Notes under the pieces: model-generated
Seen by the model: only the letters and a program-made list of their open reading frames with translations
Database searches by the model: none
What the model was told of the DNA's origin: nothing
NCBI GenBank assembly: GCA_965153455.1
Contig: OZ234493.1
Coordinates: 6,014,001-6,078,000 of the forward strand
Origin: Sphagnum compactum
Lineage: Eukaryota
DNA length: 64,000 bases
Direction of reading: 5' to 3'
Part shown: in pieces, positions 63,540-64,000 of the stretch
Layout of the letters: each line of letters begins with the position of its first letter
How positions within the stretch are numbered: the first letter of the stretch is position 1
Made by a program: the position numbers and the translations under genes

Positions 63540-64000
63540 GGTTGAGTCTTGCTATCCATTGCTTTGGGATTGAAAGGCCATATATAAATGGCCCTAAATA
63601 TAGACTAGGTTTTTTTGGTTAGTGATTGCTCCAAAACTTGATCTACCCACCCAACCAATGTTATTTTATCTAGTTCCATATGATTGTTTCTAGACATGGC
63701 TAAATCTTTAACCTTTCTGAATGTTGTTTTGAATGGCTTGAAATAAGATACATGGAGAGCATGTGATGCGTGGGATTGTAGGGTGATCATGTTTAAGCCC
63801 ATTTCTTGTGCTTGTGATATTGCTTTTAAGGTAACATGATTGCCATGCCCATCTAGAATTAGCAAGTGTCTATTGTTGAAGAAAACTCCACCTATAACAA
63901 ATTTCTTAAAAAGAAAGAGGAACTCCTTGAACAAGAAAGAAGTCATCCAAGCTTTTTTGCATTGCCATGCAAGTCCATGGTTTGTAGAGTTTATTGTAGT
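63540..64000 (-). mobile_element. pogo/Tigger/Fot1-like DDE_1 transposase remnant, truncated by the window end
   Basis: KKAWMTSFLFKEFL...RHLLILDGHGNHVT...GLNMITLQSHASHALHVSYFKPFK (the QPLD motif is eroded), then IWPFNPKAMD after a stop. Confidence 0.85.

Overview
Eukaryotic land-plant genomic DNA. The gene and repeat style looks bryophyte-like, plausibly Sphagnum (inference only). GC-richer gene islands alternate with AT-rich decayed transposon tracts. Five intact spliced genes were built by hand with GT-AG introns and consistent reading phase: a plastid fibrillin FBN7-like gene (-), nucleoporin NUP93 (+), a DUF179/AlgH-YqgE family gene (+), indole-3-glycerol-phosphate synthase (+) and a GT61 glycosyltransferase (+). 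The intergenic DNA holds remnants of CACTA, two hAT, Ty1/copia, pogo-like and Rep-helicase-endonuclease Helitron elements, a TA-flanked MITE and an orphan LBP/BPI exon. The most notable non-coding features are (i) two structurally complete non-autonomous Helitrons in inverted orientation, one with a paralogous empty site in the window; (ii) a five-unit CCAAT array with 31-32 bp spacing upstream of the DUF179 gene; (iii) tRNA-like A/B-box modules inside a diverged inverted repeat; and (iv) a 20-bp hairpin upstream of NUP93. I found no CRISPR array, prokaryotic operon or clearly novel multi-gene system.
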